Shown: positions 22,496 through 34,327 of the stretch, piece after piece
Layout: each line of letters starts with the position of its first letter
How positions within the stretch are numbered: the first letter of the stretch is position 1
The notes under the pieces: model-generated
The model's database searches: none
The model's input: only the letters and a program-made list of their open reading frames with translations
Told to the model about the DNA's origin: nothing
From: Octopus bimaculoides
Lineage: Eukaryota
Reading direction: 5' to 3'
Assembly: GCF_001194135.2 (NCBI RefSeq)
Contig: NC_068992.1
Location: 61,775,596-61,809,922 of the forward strand
Length of the DNA stretch: 34,327 nt
Made by a program: the position numbers and the translations under genes

Positions 22496-22814
22496 TAAAT
22501 AAGGTAACATACATATCAATCACAGGTGTGTGATATTGTCCATGAACATGAAACGTAGCACCAGACACAAAAGAATTAAGGATAAGCTATGTTTTGTATC
22601 TATACATTGAAAATATATCAAATCACTGAATATGCGCGATGGTTTTTAGTATGTGAGGTATTATACATGCAGGTGAGATTATGATCAACACAATATTACT
22701 TGCCAACAGGAGATGGCCATCCCTTCCTAAACATAGTTACTCCATACATTATATATACTTTTGAATAATGATTTCTAAGAAGAAAAAAAGAGAAAAAAAT
22801 TAACATACGTATAT

Positions 22815-23180
22815 CTATCATTTACATGTTTCAGTTGTGAGACTGCTGCCATACTGGGATACTACGTTGAAGAGTTTCAGTTGAAAGAATTGACCCCAGC
22901 ACTTATTTTTTAAGCCTGCCACTTAACCCAAACCACTAAGTTATGGGGACATAAACAAACTGACACTGGTTGTCAGGCAGTGGGTGAACAGATACAAACA
23001 CAAAAGCACACACACACACGTGCACGAAAGGCTTCTTTCAATTTCCGTTTACCAAATCCATTCACAAGGCTTCAGTCAAACCAGGGCTATAGTAGAAGAT
23101 GTATGTCCATAGCACCATGCAATGAGATTGAACCCAAAACCATGTGGTTAGGAACCAAGCTTCTTACCACACAGCCATAT
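22815..23180 (-). mobile_element. SINE family A, near full length, CpG-decayed
   Basis: It is colinear with 9885-10280, but CpGs are converted (CCACTAAGTTATGGGGACATAAAC versus CCGCTAAGTTACGGGAACGTAAAC). Confidence 0.85.
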
Positions 23181-23562
23181 ATATATATACATATAAGGAA
23201 ATGAAAATGAGCTAAGAACAACAACTCAAGGTGACCAGTGGCATGTAATTGACAAAGGTATATTGAATCTACATACACGTAAATTCTTGATTTATTAAAA
23301 TTATTTCTGCTTCTTGAGAGGGTAGAACAATCTTGGTGGAAAATGGCACCTGTTACAAACGAAATGGAGACCTAAGCTCAAAAGTCAAGGATTCTCCAAA
23401 ATTGACATACCATGGAGAAACAGTGTTTGAATGACAAGAGGATAGGTGTTGAAATGTTTCTGCCTAAGTAGAAGTCATCAACACAGCAATTGCTCTACCT
23501 AATCTGCAGCAGACTTACACAAACGAATTCACACATGCATGTATGTATGTGCGTGTTTTCAG

Positions 23563-23740
23563 ACACGATGCTGTTTACATAATGTATGGCCAATACGTTA
23601 AGAAGTTTGCTTTTCAGTCGCAAGATCTTAAGTCCACTGCTGCACTGCATCGTGTCATCTACCATAACATTGAGTTGATCCAAGCCGTGCGTTTGAAACG
23701 AGACAGACGGAAACTGTGTAGAAGCCCACCAGACATCTGA
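23563..23740 (+). CDS. Terminal coding exon of a FERM F3-like domain protein
   Basis: The acceptor is gcgtgttttcag (phase 2), the sequence is non-repetitive, and it reads HDAVYIMYGQYVKKFAFQSQDLKSTAALHRVIYHNIELIQAVRLKRDRRKLCRSPPDI*. FAFQSQDLKSTAALHRVIYHNIELI aligns without gaps to ERM [25 protein letters not shown] (from memory). Confidence 0.6.
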
Positions 23741-24084
23741 TCAAGTACTACGTTAAGAGTACACGTGTCAGTGAATATCAGCCACTACTAACAGCTCTTT
23801 TAAGAGAAAATCGTTCAGTTGACGTAACAGTTGGAATAACCATCGTCGAAACTGTTGAAGGCCCCTTTTACTGTTTATGTAAACCATCAAAAAAATATGC
23901 CTGCATCAGCACATCATGAAATTTCAAAGGCTTCATGTTTTTTTTTTAAATGTTATCAGCAGCAGCAATAGATAATGGAGCCGGGTGGGTCACCATTGAT
24001 CAGGCAGGCCCATGGCCGACCAATAGCATTCTAGCTGTGACTACCCTGTCATCCACATAATATCCAAGGACATCATTATCCGGT

Positions 24085-24238
24085 GCAATGAAGGACAAAC
24101 TGCGGCCAGCAGGACTTTCTGAATGACATGCCTAATGAAATATTACATTTTTCTTATAGGTAGTGCGGCCCACCTGGTGATGAGCCCTGTCTCATGCGGC
24201 CCGCTTTCGAAAAAAAAAAAAAGTTGCTCATGCTTAAT
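24085..24238 (+). mobile_element. Short hAT-type MITE
   Basis: The ends are GGACAAACTGCGGCC and GCGGCCCGC..AAAAAGTTGCTCATGC, with repeated subterminal GCGGCC motifs like those at the large hAT ends. Confidence 0.55.
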
Positions 24239-25092
24239 CTAATATGTCATAAGGAAGATTTAGCTGCACTTTCTAGCAAATCGAGCTTCCTTCGTATACA
24301 TACCTAGTGGGTTGGAACTAGCATGCAGCTACAACCTAAATAATGAAAACAAACTTATTTGATTATAGGGCGGAGGAAACAAATCGCGACATTGTGTGAA
24401 AAGGACACAATGGTCAACACGACAGCATTATTAGTGCTACGGACAAAACGCCAAGTGTTATTGGTAAATTTTGATAAAAAATATGAGGTAGAATTTGAGA
24501 ACAGCTATCACGACCTCAGGAAAAGAAAAGGGCAAAGAATTTCCTTCATTTTAATATTTCTATTTTCATGAAACCCGAGAAAAACGATTCCGAGAGAATT
24601 CTACTCCATCACACCTTCTTAAAAAAAATTCTGTTTCCTACATTTTTGCCCTCAATTCTGTGTCCTTATCCTTTTCCCCCACGAGGTAGTGATAGCTATT
24701 CCCGAAAGCCCACCAAATAAAAGACCAGTCAAGTACTGGAGTTGATCAAGGCCATCTTAACAGTAATATATGACCCCGGACAAATCAATACACGGCGGAG
24801 GTAAAGAATACGTACACCACCCGTTTTCGGCTTAACAAAAGTTCTAATTCTAACCCCAGCCCCTAACGCCGGGCGTACGCATTCCTTACTTTCGCCTAAT
24901 ACACTGTATTATTATAATATTAATTTATTGACAGCAAACCACAGCATATACAGATCCAAACTGGGTCCCTATGGCCACTGCTCAGTGTGTCCATGCCTTA
25001 AGACGACTCTGGGATTATTATCTATAATCACGTCCCTCTCAAAAACTGCTAGCCTCGTACCTAAATTAGAAATAATAACAATCATCATCATT

Positions 25093-25290
25093 GAGGTTGT
25101 GAGCTGGCTGAAATGTTAGAGCATCGGACAAAATGTTTTACGAGTATTTAGTCGAGTATCATATCGCCGAATCAATAAAATAAAGTACCAGTCAAATACT
25201 GGGTCGATCGTATCGACTAAATCCTAACCTTACAACTTTCCTTTATTTAAAATTGCTGGCCTTGTCTAAATTATAAACAATTATTATAAT
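25093..25290 (+). mobile_element. SINE family B
   Basis: GTGAGCTGGCTGAAATGTTAG..AATAAAATAAAGTACCAGTCAAATACTGGGTCGATCGTATCGACT. Confidence 0.7.
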
Positions 25291-25739
25291 TATAGACGAG
25301 TAACGAAGGTTCGTGTGAGAACCATGGACCACTAAACACAGCAACAGACAAAAAAAGTGAGGTTGTTAGTTAGATTAAAGGGTGTCGGTGAGCATGTAGT
25401 AGGTTCAAGACTCATGGTGTGAGAGGGAGATAAGACAGGGGGAACGGTTAGAACAACTAAAGGCGATCCGAATTAAACAGTCAAATGTTTCGATAAGTGA
25501 ACCATATGATGAGGAGACAACGGACGACTGCATCCATGGAGAACACAGAATGATTTTTTTTTTTTGATCTGGCATACAGCATACGGAATGAAATGCTACA
25601 CACGTCATATTTTGTACATACATCAAATATACATATATAAAATCAAAAAATGTAATATTCACATAAAGCTTTTTAACTTCAAGCGACGAGAATACATTAA
25701 GCAACTATAACTATTAAACACACACACACGTGTGAGTGT

Positions 25740-25771
<32 letters not shown>

Positions 25772-26499
25772 GGGGGTGTATCAAGGTTAGAACAGGAATT
25801 AACAGGAGTACGTTTTTGTTTTGTTTTTTTGTTTTGTTTTTGCAGTCTCTTGATATTTCAACTGGAATGGTGTACATGGATGGAAGCGATGAAGAGAGAC
25901 GAGGAGGACATGTTTCAAACATTTTAATAAGCGTAACCACTACGTTAGCAAATAATAATAATAATTTGTAGTAACAGCTAGAATTCTCTCCCACCAGTTC
26001 TTGAAATTACTTTTCATATAATGATATTAACACCGAAGAAAAGGGTGTCGACATTCAGAAAGGAAAGATAAAAGACAACTCTTGGATTATCCGATCCCTA
26101 GGGGTGTACGAAGGCAACAGACACAAAGGATACAGAATTAAGGGTGAATTTAGCATCAACACACGACAAAGTGCCCTCTACCAAGACACAAATATCTACG
26201 TACATACATCAAACTATAATTGTATGTGTGTGAGTTATTAGTAGAGTAATTGACAATTTCGTGTTAAACATTTTCAACAGACATTAAAATGTTGTTTATA
26301 ATGATACACTCTTCTGGCTACATAGTATTTTATTTATAAGACGATACACAAAACAGCTCATAGTATTATAATAGATACGGATGGGAACGAAGAAATGTTT
26401 GATGTCAATATACATACATTTACGCATCCATGCATACACATATACGTACATATATACACACGTACGTGTTTATACACACACAAATATACGTGCCTGTAC

Positions 26500-26530
<31 letters not shown>

Positions 26531-26540
26531 NNNNNNNNNN
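26531..26540. other. Assembly gap (10 N) inside (AT)n; a second gap lies at 28602-28611
   Basis: N runs flanked by TA repeats; the true gap lengths are unknown. Confidence 0.99.
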
Positions 26541-27656
26541 TATATATATACATATATACACATATATACACATATATACACCACACAATGATAGTGTGCG
26601 TATATATATATAAAACGCAGCATTTATATATACGTGTATATATACATGTGTATACATATGTATATATCTATGATATATACATACAAATATTTACGTAAGT
26701 ATATATGTAGTATATATAGTATAAATATAGATAGATAGATAGATAGATATGCAAACATACACATATGTACATACGCAATATCTATACACATATATATAAT
26801 GAAGTGAGGTTTTTCTCAGTAAATGTTTAAGGAGAAAGGAAGCAAAGAGTGCAGTTGTAAAGCAATGAGCCTGATGTCTATTCAACAACAGTAGTGATGA
26901 ATAAAACAGACTTATTCTCGTTTATAATCCCAATTTAAAACCACTGAGAGACGGAGACCCAGAAGGGAAATCTATCCCTGAAGTGGTCTCTTGACCTACA
27001 AGAAATAACTACAAATATACCTCAAAGCACATTATAACCATCATCTTAGTACAGACACTTTAATATGGACTCGGATTCCCAAGATATAGGGGAGGGGGGA
27101 AAAAAAGGAAAAGTCGTAGGCTGGAATAACTTTGATCATAGACCTAAAAATCTGTTTCATCAGATATGACCTGGATGACTCGTTTTTAAGTGTAGATCTT
27201 TTCGATCAGAGATGATTTAGGCCTAAACAGCCGCAACAATTAGGAGTTGGTATGGTGTCAGTGATATTCCCTCTCCTAACCAATGTATGTTATGTGAACA
27301 TTAAGTGAGTGACTGACTTCACATTGTTCCATACACTATAATGATCCCCCACTTTATGGCAATGTCATATAATCCACCCAGTCTATCATAAAGAAATTGG
27401 TTCGGCTACATTATACATATATATACACACAATAATCTCGCAAGTTCATAAGCGATGAATGTCTAAAAAAAATAAAAGTATATACAATGTATTTTGAGAA
27501 CGGAAGTGGTCAGAAACAAAGTACAAATATATCTCATATATTAGTGGGTATAATATACATTCAGTGTTTATATAGTATATAATCTACATAGACTGTATGT
27601 TTCTGTGTGTATACATAGTAATATGTGTACATAAGGCACTATATACACACACACAT

Positions 27657-27694
<38 letters not shown>

Positions 27695-28772
27695 TGTACG
27701 TATGTTTATATATGTAGAGTGGGTGTGTGTGTATATAAACTTTCAAATATATAACATTAGAACATGTACTACATATAAGAAATCTGCACTTAGGTTTTAA
27801 TTCTTTTCATATGCGAAATACATAAAGTCATATACTCACACATGTATACACCTTACATATATTTATAGATTCATATGCACAATGTATATTCACATAATAC
27901 ACATTATATAGATGCATATTCGCCATAAACACACATTTATATATACATTATTCATTATAATACACATTATATATACATGTACAGCTTTGGTAAATGGCAA
28001 ATTTTCACAGTGGAATAAGACTGAAGACAGAAGAAAACAAATATCAAAATGGGGGAGAGAAAAGACAGAAGGACAGAACTCAAATTTAAAATAAAATGCC
28101 TGTGGTTTTTGGTTTAAATAATAATAATATAATTATATATAAACCTACCAACAACTGATGTTATTCCCTCCAAGACTGGGTGTTCATTCCTCGTAGATTG
28201 TAGTCTACTCCATACAGTAGAAACAAATTCTTCATTTACTCCTTTCTACTTGATAACCGAAAGTATCCATGGTGTAGATTACAGATTATTAGTGTTTTCT
28301 TCATCATTATTAATATCATTATTATTATTCATTATATTACTATTAGTATTCATTATATTTTTACTGCCTTAATTTCCTTTCAATTAATGTAGATTCCTTG
28401 TTTTTGTTTGCTTATATATATTTTGAATATTTGATTCTTCAATTTCTTTGGCAGCTTTATTTTTGTGATTATTTTCTTTCCTTTTGGTAAATAATTTCAT
28501 TTGTGAAACAATTGTGTTTGCATATATAAATATTTAAATATTATATATGTATATATATGTGTGTATATATTTGTTATGTGTATATATATATATATATATA
28601 TNNNNNNNNNNGTTAGAAACTGGTGTGTATGTGTGACCAGATATATGTATGTATGTATGTGTCTAGCTTATACACTCACACATGAGTTTATTAATCATTT
28701 ATAACATACCCACACACCCATATGTACAATATATTTTAAAAAGACGTAAAAATATATACACACTCATATATC

Positions 28773-28803
<31 letters not shown>

Positions 28804-29029
28804 GGATTGTGACAGCGATAAGGACGGTGACTACAACAAACACAACTTGTGTATATGTGTGTGTGTGTATATATATGTATATATATATATTACAGAAGAT
28901 TATATTAATTATACCTACAACTAGTCTTCTATAGATGATACTGTTAATAATAATAATAATATCATTATTACTACTATTAATATTATTCCGTTTGTTGTGG
29001 TTCTTGATCACTTGTTCTTCTCCCCCATG

Positions 29030-30010
29030 GTACACTGCATCTCTGTCCCTCTCTGTCTCTCTGCCTTTCACTCTTTTCCCCCTGTATATGTATTTGCTTC
29101 TCCCTCCCTCTGTTACCCACTATATGAATATCTTTCTTTTTCTCACTCTCTTTATGCCACTTCTCTTTCCTTTTTCTCTCTCCTTTTTAATTCTCCCCCT
29201 TTACCACTCTCTATATCTACATAAATTTCTCTTGTTTTCTGTATTTACCACTTTTTTTTTCTCTCTTGTGTCTATCTCTTATCTCTCTTTCACCTTCTGA
29301 GTGTCTCTCTACTCTCTTTTTCCTCTCTGTGATTCTCTCTCTCTCCCTTTATTGCATCTGTCTTTCTCTCTTTTTCTCATCCATGAATCTCTCTCTCACT
29401 TCTCTATGTCTCATTTACACTCACTCTTCTATCTATATTCTTGTCTATCTCTTTCCTATTCTTCTATGTATAATCGTATTTCTCTCTTTCTCTCTGCTTA
29501 CCTTCTTTTCTTCCCTCCTCTTCTACAACAACAATGACTGCTGCTGCTGCTGTTCACTCACCACACGGCACACCTCACGTGACTAACATGTTACAGACCG
29601 ACCGACAGCGACAACTTCGTCACAATAGCAGTGGTAGTCGAGGCACTGATAGTAGTTGCGATAGTGATAGTGGTGGTGTGGGTATTGCTAGTAGAAGCGA
29701 TGGCGGCGACGCTGATGGTTGGCGGTGGTGAAGGGAGAGGCTTGACAGTACAGTAGTGATAGTGGTGACGGAGTCATTGTAAATACTAGCGGCGGTGGTA
29801 GTTGCAGTCGGGGAGGAGGCATTACTAGTCGTAGTAGTGGTGGTGAATGTATTTTTAATAGTAGCGATGGTGGAGAAAGCATAGAAAGATTGATAGTAGT
29901 GAAGGGGGTATCGATAGCAGCGACGGTGATGACAGTGGCGCACAAGCGAGAGGGATAGTGATGTGGTGTTGATGGCAACTACTACTACGTTAATGGTGGT
30001 GGCTTCTCAC
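29030..30010. repeat. Low-complexity block: degenerate (CT)-rich tract followed by a GGT/AGT/GAT trinucleotide-rich tract
   Basis: A pyrimidine-rich top strand covers ~29030-29525, followed by degenerate triplets to ~30010. The overlapping ORFs on both strands are compositionally biased. Confidence 0.85.
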
Positions 30011-31244
30011 TGCGGTCATGATAGTTGTGTGGGTTTGACTCTGAGGTAGTTATATATGTGTGTGCATGGCCAAGGAGGAAGGCGTCAGTAATATTGACAT
30101 CAGTGATTAAGAAACAGTCGAGAGAAGAGAAGTGATGACTTAGTTGTGTTGTTGATAGAGCGACGATCACCACCCACCACTTCGGATTCACCATTATGAT
30201 CCACGTCTTTACTCTGTAACACCATCCATCACACGTATATAACATTACTTCGTGTCCGTTTATATGTTGATGTTTAGCTCCATGTCAAGCCTCGTCGTAC
30301 TGACCTGTGATCAAAGGCATTCCAGCTTTTGTCTTTCTTTTTCTAAGTGGAGGGTAGAGGCATGAGTATCAAGGACTACATTTTTAATATGTCCTTTCTT
30401 CTCCCCCCCCCCTCCCACCTTCGTAAAGACGATGCAGTATGATGTTGCCTTCTTTTTCTAGCACCGAGATCGACCGAACAGGCAGAAACACCCTCGTTAA
30501 GTCGAATGTGTGTATGCATTTACATTAAAACAGTTGACACAAGGTAAATTTCTCAGGAATATCTTCTAGTGACGTGTGTGTGTGTGTGGCGTAAGAATTC
30601 AAAATATCGAATGCCGTTTGCCCTGAATAAAGAAAGTACCGGTTAGTTGCTGATATCTTGATTTGGTTTCTCTTCTTCCCGGCTTCCGTCATTTCCCTTT
30701 ACCTGTGTCGCTGTTGCCCTTGAGAAAGGCATACATATCACACATCCGCACTGTCTACTTCTCCCAATAAAATTAAATCTTTATTGGGATATACTTAATT
30801 GACTACCATTGCTGACCATCACCGCCAATAAGTATTACGATTAAATCTCACTATAAGCCATGTTTATTTTATCGACCGAATATCGAGTCTTTTGCTTGTT
30901 TTCTCTTTCCTTCTTTTTCATTTCGTGAGTCTATTTATCTTTCTTCCTCTCCAGCGTTATTTTTTTGCTGCCAAACAATTTACTCGGACTTTCAAAATGT
31001 TAGCTACGATGACCTCAACATACATTGCTCATGAAACTGTCTCTAGCTGTTGATCCCATCGATGACATTAAAAACGGGGCAAAAAAAAAAAAGAGAGAAA
31101 AAAGCACTGAAGTCGCTGCCTTTCTTTATCTTATTTATTTATTTCGTAAATGCTTTATTCCTCTTCAAAAACTTCTATACTGTCGATGCTATAATTTAGT
31201 CTGAATGTCGAACACTTGTTGGTGGGTTGGCTGGTTGTTCGGTT

Positions 31245-31465
31245 CTTTAACCCTTGGTCAGTTCTGACCGAGCGAACAAATCCATGATCTAAGTTGTTCT
31301 AGTCGTGACCACCTCGTACTATCGTATGTCTAAGAGTACATTTTCCATGATATCATTCCTTCTTTTTAACACCAACAATTAATTGTTGGTTGTTGTTTAA
31401 CCCCAGGTCTAACTTGAATGAGCAGACCAATGATCAAAGTCGTTCCAGTCGTGACCATCATATGT
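31245..31465 (+). repeat. Two copies of a short dispersed repeat (TTAACCCCAGGTC..TGATCAAAG..TTCCAG.CGTGACCA)
   Basis: Related sequence occurs at 23985-24055, 27118-27230 (-) and 30275-30330. Confidence 0.55.
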
Positions 31466-31599
31466 TTTTGCATATTTTTGCATATTTGAAACTGTTATCC
31501 CATGGCATGAAGTGGTTTGGAAAGCCAAATTGACCACAACCCTTTCCTTAATCCTTTCATTACCCTATTTCAATAGAAATATACTGCCTTTGTATATCA

Positions 31600-31775
31600 C
31601 CATGTATTTGTTTCAGATTTTGAACTAGTCATCCCAGGACACTGCATTTAAGGGTTCAGTCAAACAAATCGCCCCCAGTACTTATTCTTTTAAGTTTGGT
31701 ATGGATTCTATCAACTTCATTTGCTAAAGCAAGTTACAAGGACGTAAACAAACATTGGTTGTCAAGCAGTAGGGA
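31600..31775 (-). mobile_element. SINE family A, 3' half
   Basis: CCCCAGTACTTATTCTTT..AAGTTACAAGGACGTAAACAA..GTTGTCAAGCAGT matches 9940-10080. Confidence 0.7.
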
Positions 31776-31957
31776 GATTAATGCAGATGCATACACACAC
31801 ACACACTCACGCATCATCATCATCATCTCTTAGCGTCCACTTTTCTATGTTTGCATGGGTTAAGCAGAGTTTGTTGAGAGATTTTTTGTGGCTGGTGGCC
31901 TTTCCTGTCATCAACCCCTCTTTGTTTCCAAGCAAGCTGTTTCCAGAGTGTGAAAAC

Positions 31958-32070
31958 ATGTGGCTTAGTGGTTAGGTATTTGGCTTCCAATCATAAGGTT
32001 GTGAATTCAGCATACGGTGGGGCATTATGTCCTTGAGTTAGACACTTTTTTTCACATTGCTCTGCCATTC
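31958..32070 (+). mobile_element. SINE family C head (tRNA-derived)
   Basis: It has box A TGGCTTAGTGG and a box B-like GTTGTGAATTCAG, then GTCCTTGAG..ACACTT. No cloverleaf 3' end is present. Similar reverse copies lie near 6185-6310 and 21900-22035. Confidence 0.55.
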
Positions 32071-32419
32071 ACATTATTCAACATTTTTTTTTTTTAATAA
32101 CAACAAAATAGTTGTTCAGCCTTAGGTCAACTCTATAAACAAAATCACTCTTTATTAATTTCTCGGAGAGTCTTTTCAAACAAATTTTGTTAGTGGCATC
32201 ATGTACACATTTTCTTCATCCTCATCATCATCCTTTAATGTCCATTTTCCATGCTGACAACATTGCAATAAACCCTGGAGAACTCCTTTCTGCTTAAACA
32301 ATATCATGCTATACTGCACAGTAGTCCACATACCACTGCAATAGTGAGCGCTATGTTGGGGAAGATGAGATGTCAGGAATGCAGAAGGTGGTGTTAGCAG
32401 GGGTAATGGAAGGATAGCT

Positions 32420-32634
32420 TTAACCCTTTAGCATTTAAATTAGCCATATCAGGCCCAAAAATTCTGTTTTACATTCAAATTAACCACATCTGGCCTTTCA
32501 ATGTCCTACCCTACAATAATAAACAATCACATCATCAAAATGTTGAAGCTACAAGATGATGGATGATTAATTCAAAACAATGTGAGTAGATATGCATTAC
32601 ATTTGACAGAGTAATTTGAATGCTAAATGGTTAA
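32420..32634 (-). mobile_element. Complete piggyBac-type MITE with TTAA duplication
   Basis: The structure is TTAA|CCCTTTAGCATTTAAAT ... ATTTGAATGCTAAATGG|TTAA, with 17-bp TIRs matching at 15/17 and TTAA on both sides. Confidence 0.85.
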
Positions 32635-32819
32635 AGTAGGTTGTAATGTAAAAACACAAAAAAAAAAGAATAGGACAGTCAAACCAATGAAAACCCTCTA
32701 ATTTCATATGAAGGGCTTCTTAAATGATGCATACAACAGCGGAATGTTGCTCACAATCAAATGGTTTTACCAACTCTCTTACTTTCAAAAGCAGATAACA
32801 AACGACCAGAACTCTGCTA

Positions 32820-33270
32820 GAACCACTCCTCTCACTATTGGGTGCAAAACTTTTGGGTTACCACCATCAAATTTGGTACAGCAAGAAGTAGGACCAAAGA
32901 GCCTGGAGAGATACAGGAGCTGAGACAAGTAAATGTGGACTAGACATAAAAGATAATATGGAGGGCAAACAACAGGGGTACAACTTATTAGAGTTATAAA
33001 TTATTAAAGTGCTGGAATTGGTGGAGTAGCCATATTTTTGATAGAGAAATGAATAGATAAAGTAACTGAGGTAATCAGAATATGAGAGAAAATAAGTAAG
33101 TCTAGTTAAGTCATGATAGCAACATATGCACTTTCATATACGCCATAATCATGACTAATTAACGAACAAATGGATCATTTCTGTACCTGACTAACCTCAG
33201 TAACAAATGATAGTGACATTATCTCAATTGGTAACTTTCATGGATGTATTGGTCAATACCATGATGGGTG
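32820..33270 (+). mobile_element. RTE-clade LINE AP-endonuclease relic
   Basis: It reads AGIGGVAIFLIEK*IDKVTEVIRI*EKI, then ALSYTP (the SAYAP motif), then EQMDHFCT*LTSVTNDSDIISIGNFHGCIG (the GDFNGHVG motif). Confidence 0.75.
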
Positions 33271-34088
33271 ATTTTAGTAGCATTTGAAAGAATTGTTAGT
33301 GTGTCAGACAAAAAGCTTAGTATTTCTTTCAACTTTTTGCATTCTAAGCTCAATTTTGCCTTTCAACGTTTCAGGTCAACAAAATAAGTACCAGTTGAGC
33401 ACTAGGGTCAATGTAATCAGCATCTCCCTTCTCTCAAAACTGCTAGAATCGTATTCAAAATTTGAAACCATTAAGGTCGAACATCTGCTGTTGTGTGTGT
33501 GTGACACATTCAGCTATTGACTGAGTCCACTGTGAAGATCATCCTGTTACCTTACTTAGACTGTGAAGAACAAGTTGTGTTTAACTGTCTGGTGGTCATA
33601 TCAAAAGAGGTTATGTGATGGACCAAATTGAAAGGGCTAAAGACATACACTCTCCTCCTTGGCCAAACCCTCATCGACTTTTTCAGATTTTCCTTGGAAA
33701 GCACAATGAGGATGGAGAGGGAAGTGCTGCTTTTGAGCCAATTTTTTGTAAGGTAGATGAGAGTGTCAAGAATAATCTGAGTGAATGCGCCTGCTCTGCA
33801 CGTGTGCCTGTAAACTGGAGGGGTAGGATGGGGGAAGGGCACCTGCTCTGGTGGGGTTCCATGAGCATTGCTCAGAACTTTCTCTCCTTTTGAGAGAGTT
33901 TTCTCGTTTGAACCTCTGTTTTTTTTTTACTTTGGTTTCGACCATTTACACACCTTCATGCAACTCCTCATCGTATCATACTGTACCATATCATATCATT
34001 CTGTATTGTCCTTGCTCTTAGAATAGACCTTTAGTGGTTAATAAAGAAATCATCGACATTATCATCATCATCATCGCCACCATCGTCG

Positions 34089-34119
<31 letters not shown>

Positions 34120-34327
34120 TATCATTACTATCATCTTATTTGTATATTTTTATTTATTTTTCCTTCATTTCCACCAAAGACATGCCTGTAATTTCAAATT
34201 CACAAGCGTATACCTTTGGTGTGTAAAATATATGGCACTGTACTTACATAATTAGAGTGTGTGTGTGTTTTGTTTCCTTTGTGTATGTAAGTACACCCCA
34301 ATATTGTCTTTGACCTTTATATATATA

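Noticed and set aside
23414-23466. Minus-strand 53-nt interval with ttctacttag acceptor and ATG|gtatgt donor
   Set aside because: All frames are open but uninformative, and no partner exons were identified on that strand.
28772-30245. Cluster of 65-121 aa ORFs on both strands
   Set aside because: They are translations of low-complexity CT-rich and triplet-rich DNA.
31958-32040. Possible tRNA gene
   Set aside because: Box A/B are present, but there is no acceptor stem or cloverleaf and it continues into SINE body sequence.

Overview
This is AT-rich eukaryotic genomic DNA, most likely from an octopod cephalopod. That is an inference from the SINE, RTE-LINE and MITE families and the dense (AT)n/(GT)n microsatellites. 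There is no prokaryotic, rRNA, intact tRNA or CRISPR signal. Most ORF-track entries are microsatellite or transposon artefacts. About a third of the window is recognisable decayed transposable elements: a Helitron-like end, an internally deleted Tc1/mariner, a hAT (Buster/SPIN-like) relic nested in a piggyBac-type TTAA MITE, two kinds of RTE-clade LINE relics, and at least three SINE families. The main non-repeat signal, missed by the ORF track, is a plausible + strand host gene read by hand from splice sites. Exon ~8438/8450/8465-8537, a 7-nt microexon at 20546-20552 and a terminal exon at 23563-23740 splice in frame. The product resembles the C-terminal F3 (PH/PTB-like) lobe of a FERM domain. 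The upstream exons are ambiguous, and one has a TGA where FERM proteins often have Trp. The ~12 kb intron holds a CpG-retaining island with enhancer-like motifs and a degenerate 30-bp minisatellite. No searches were run, and family sequences quoted for comparison are recalled from memory.
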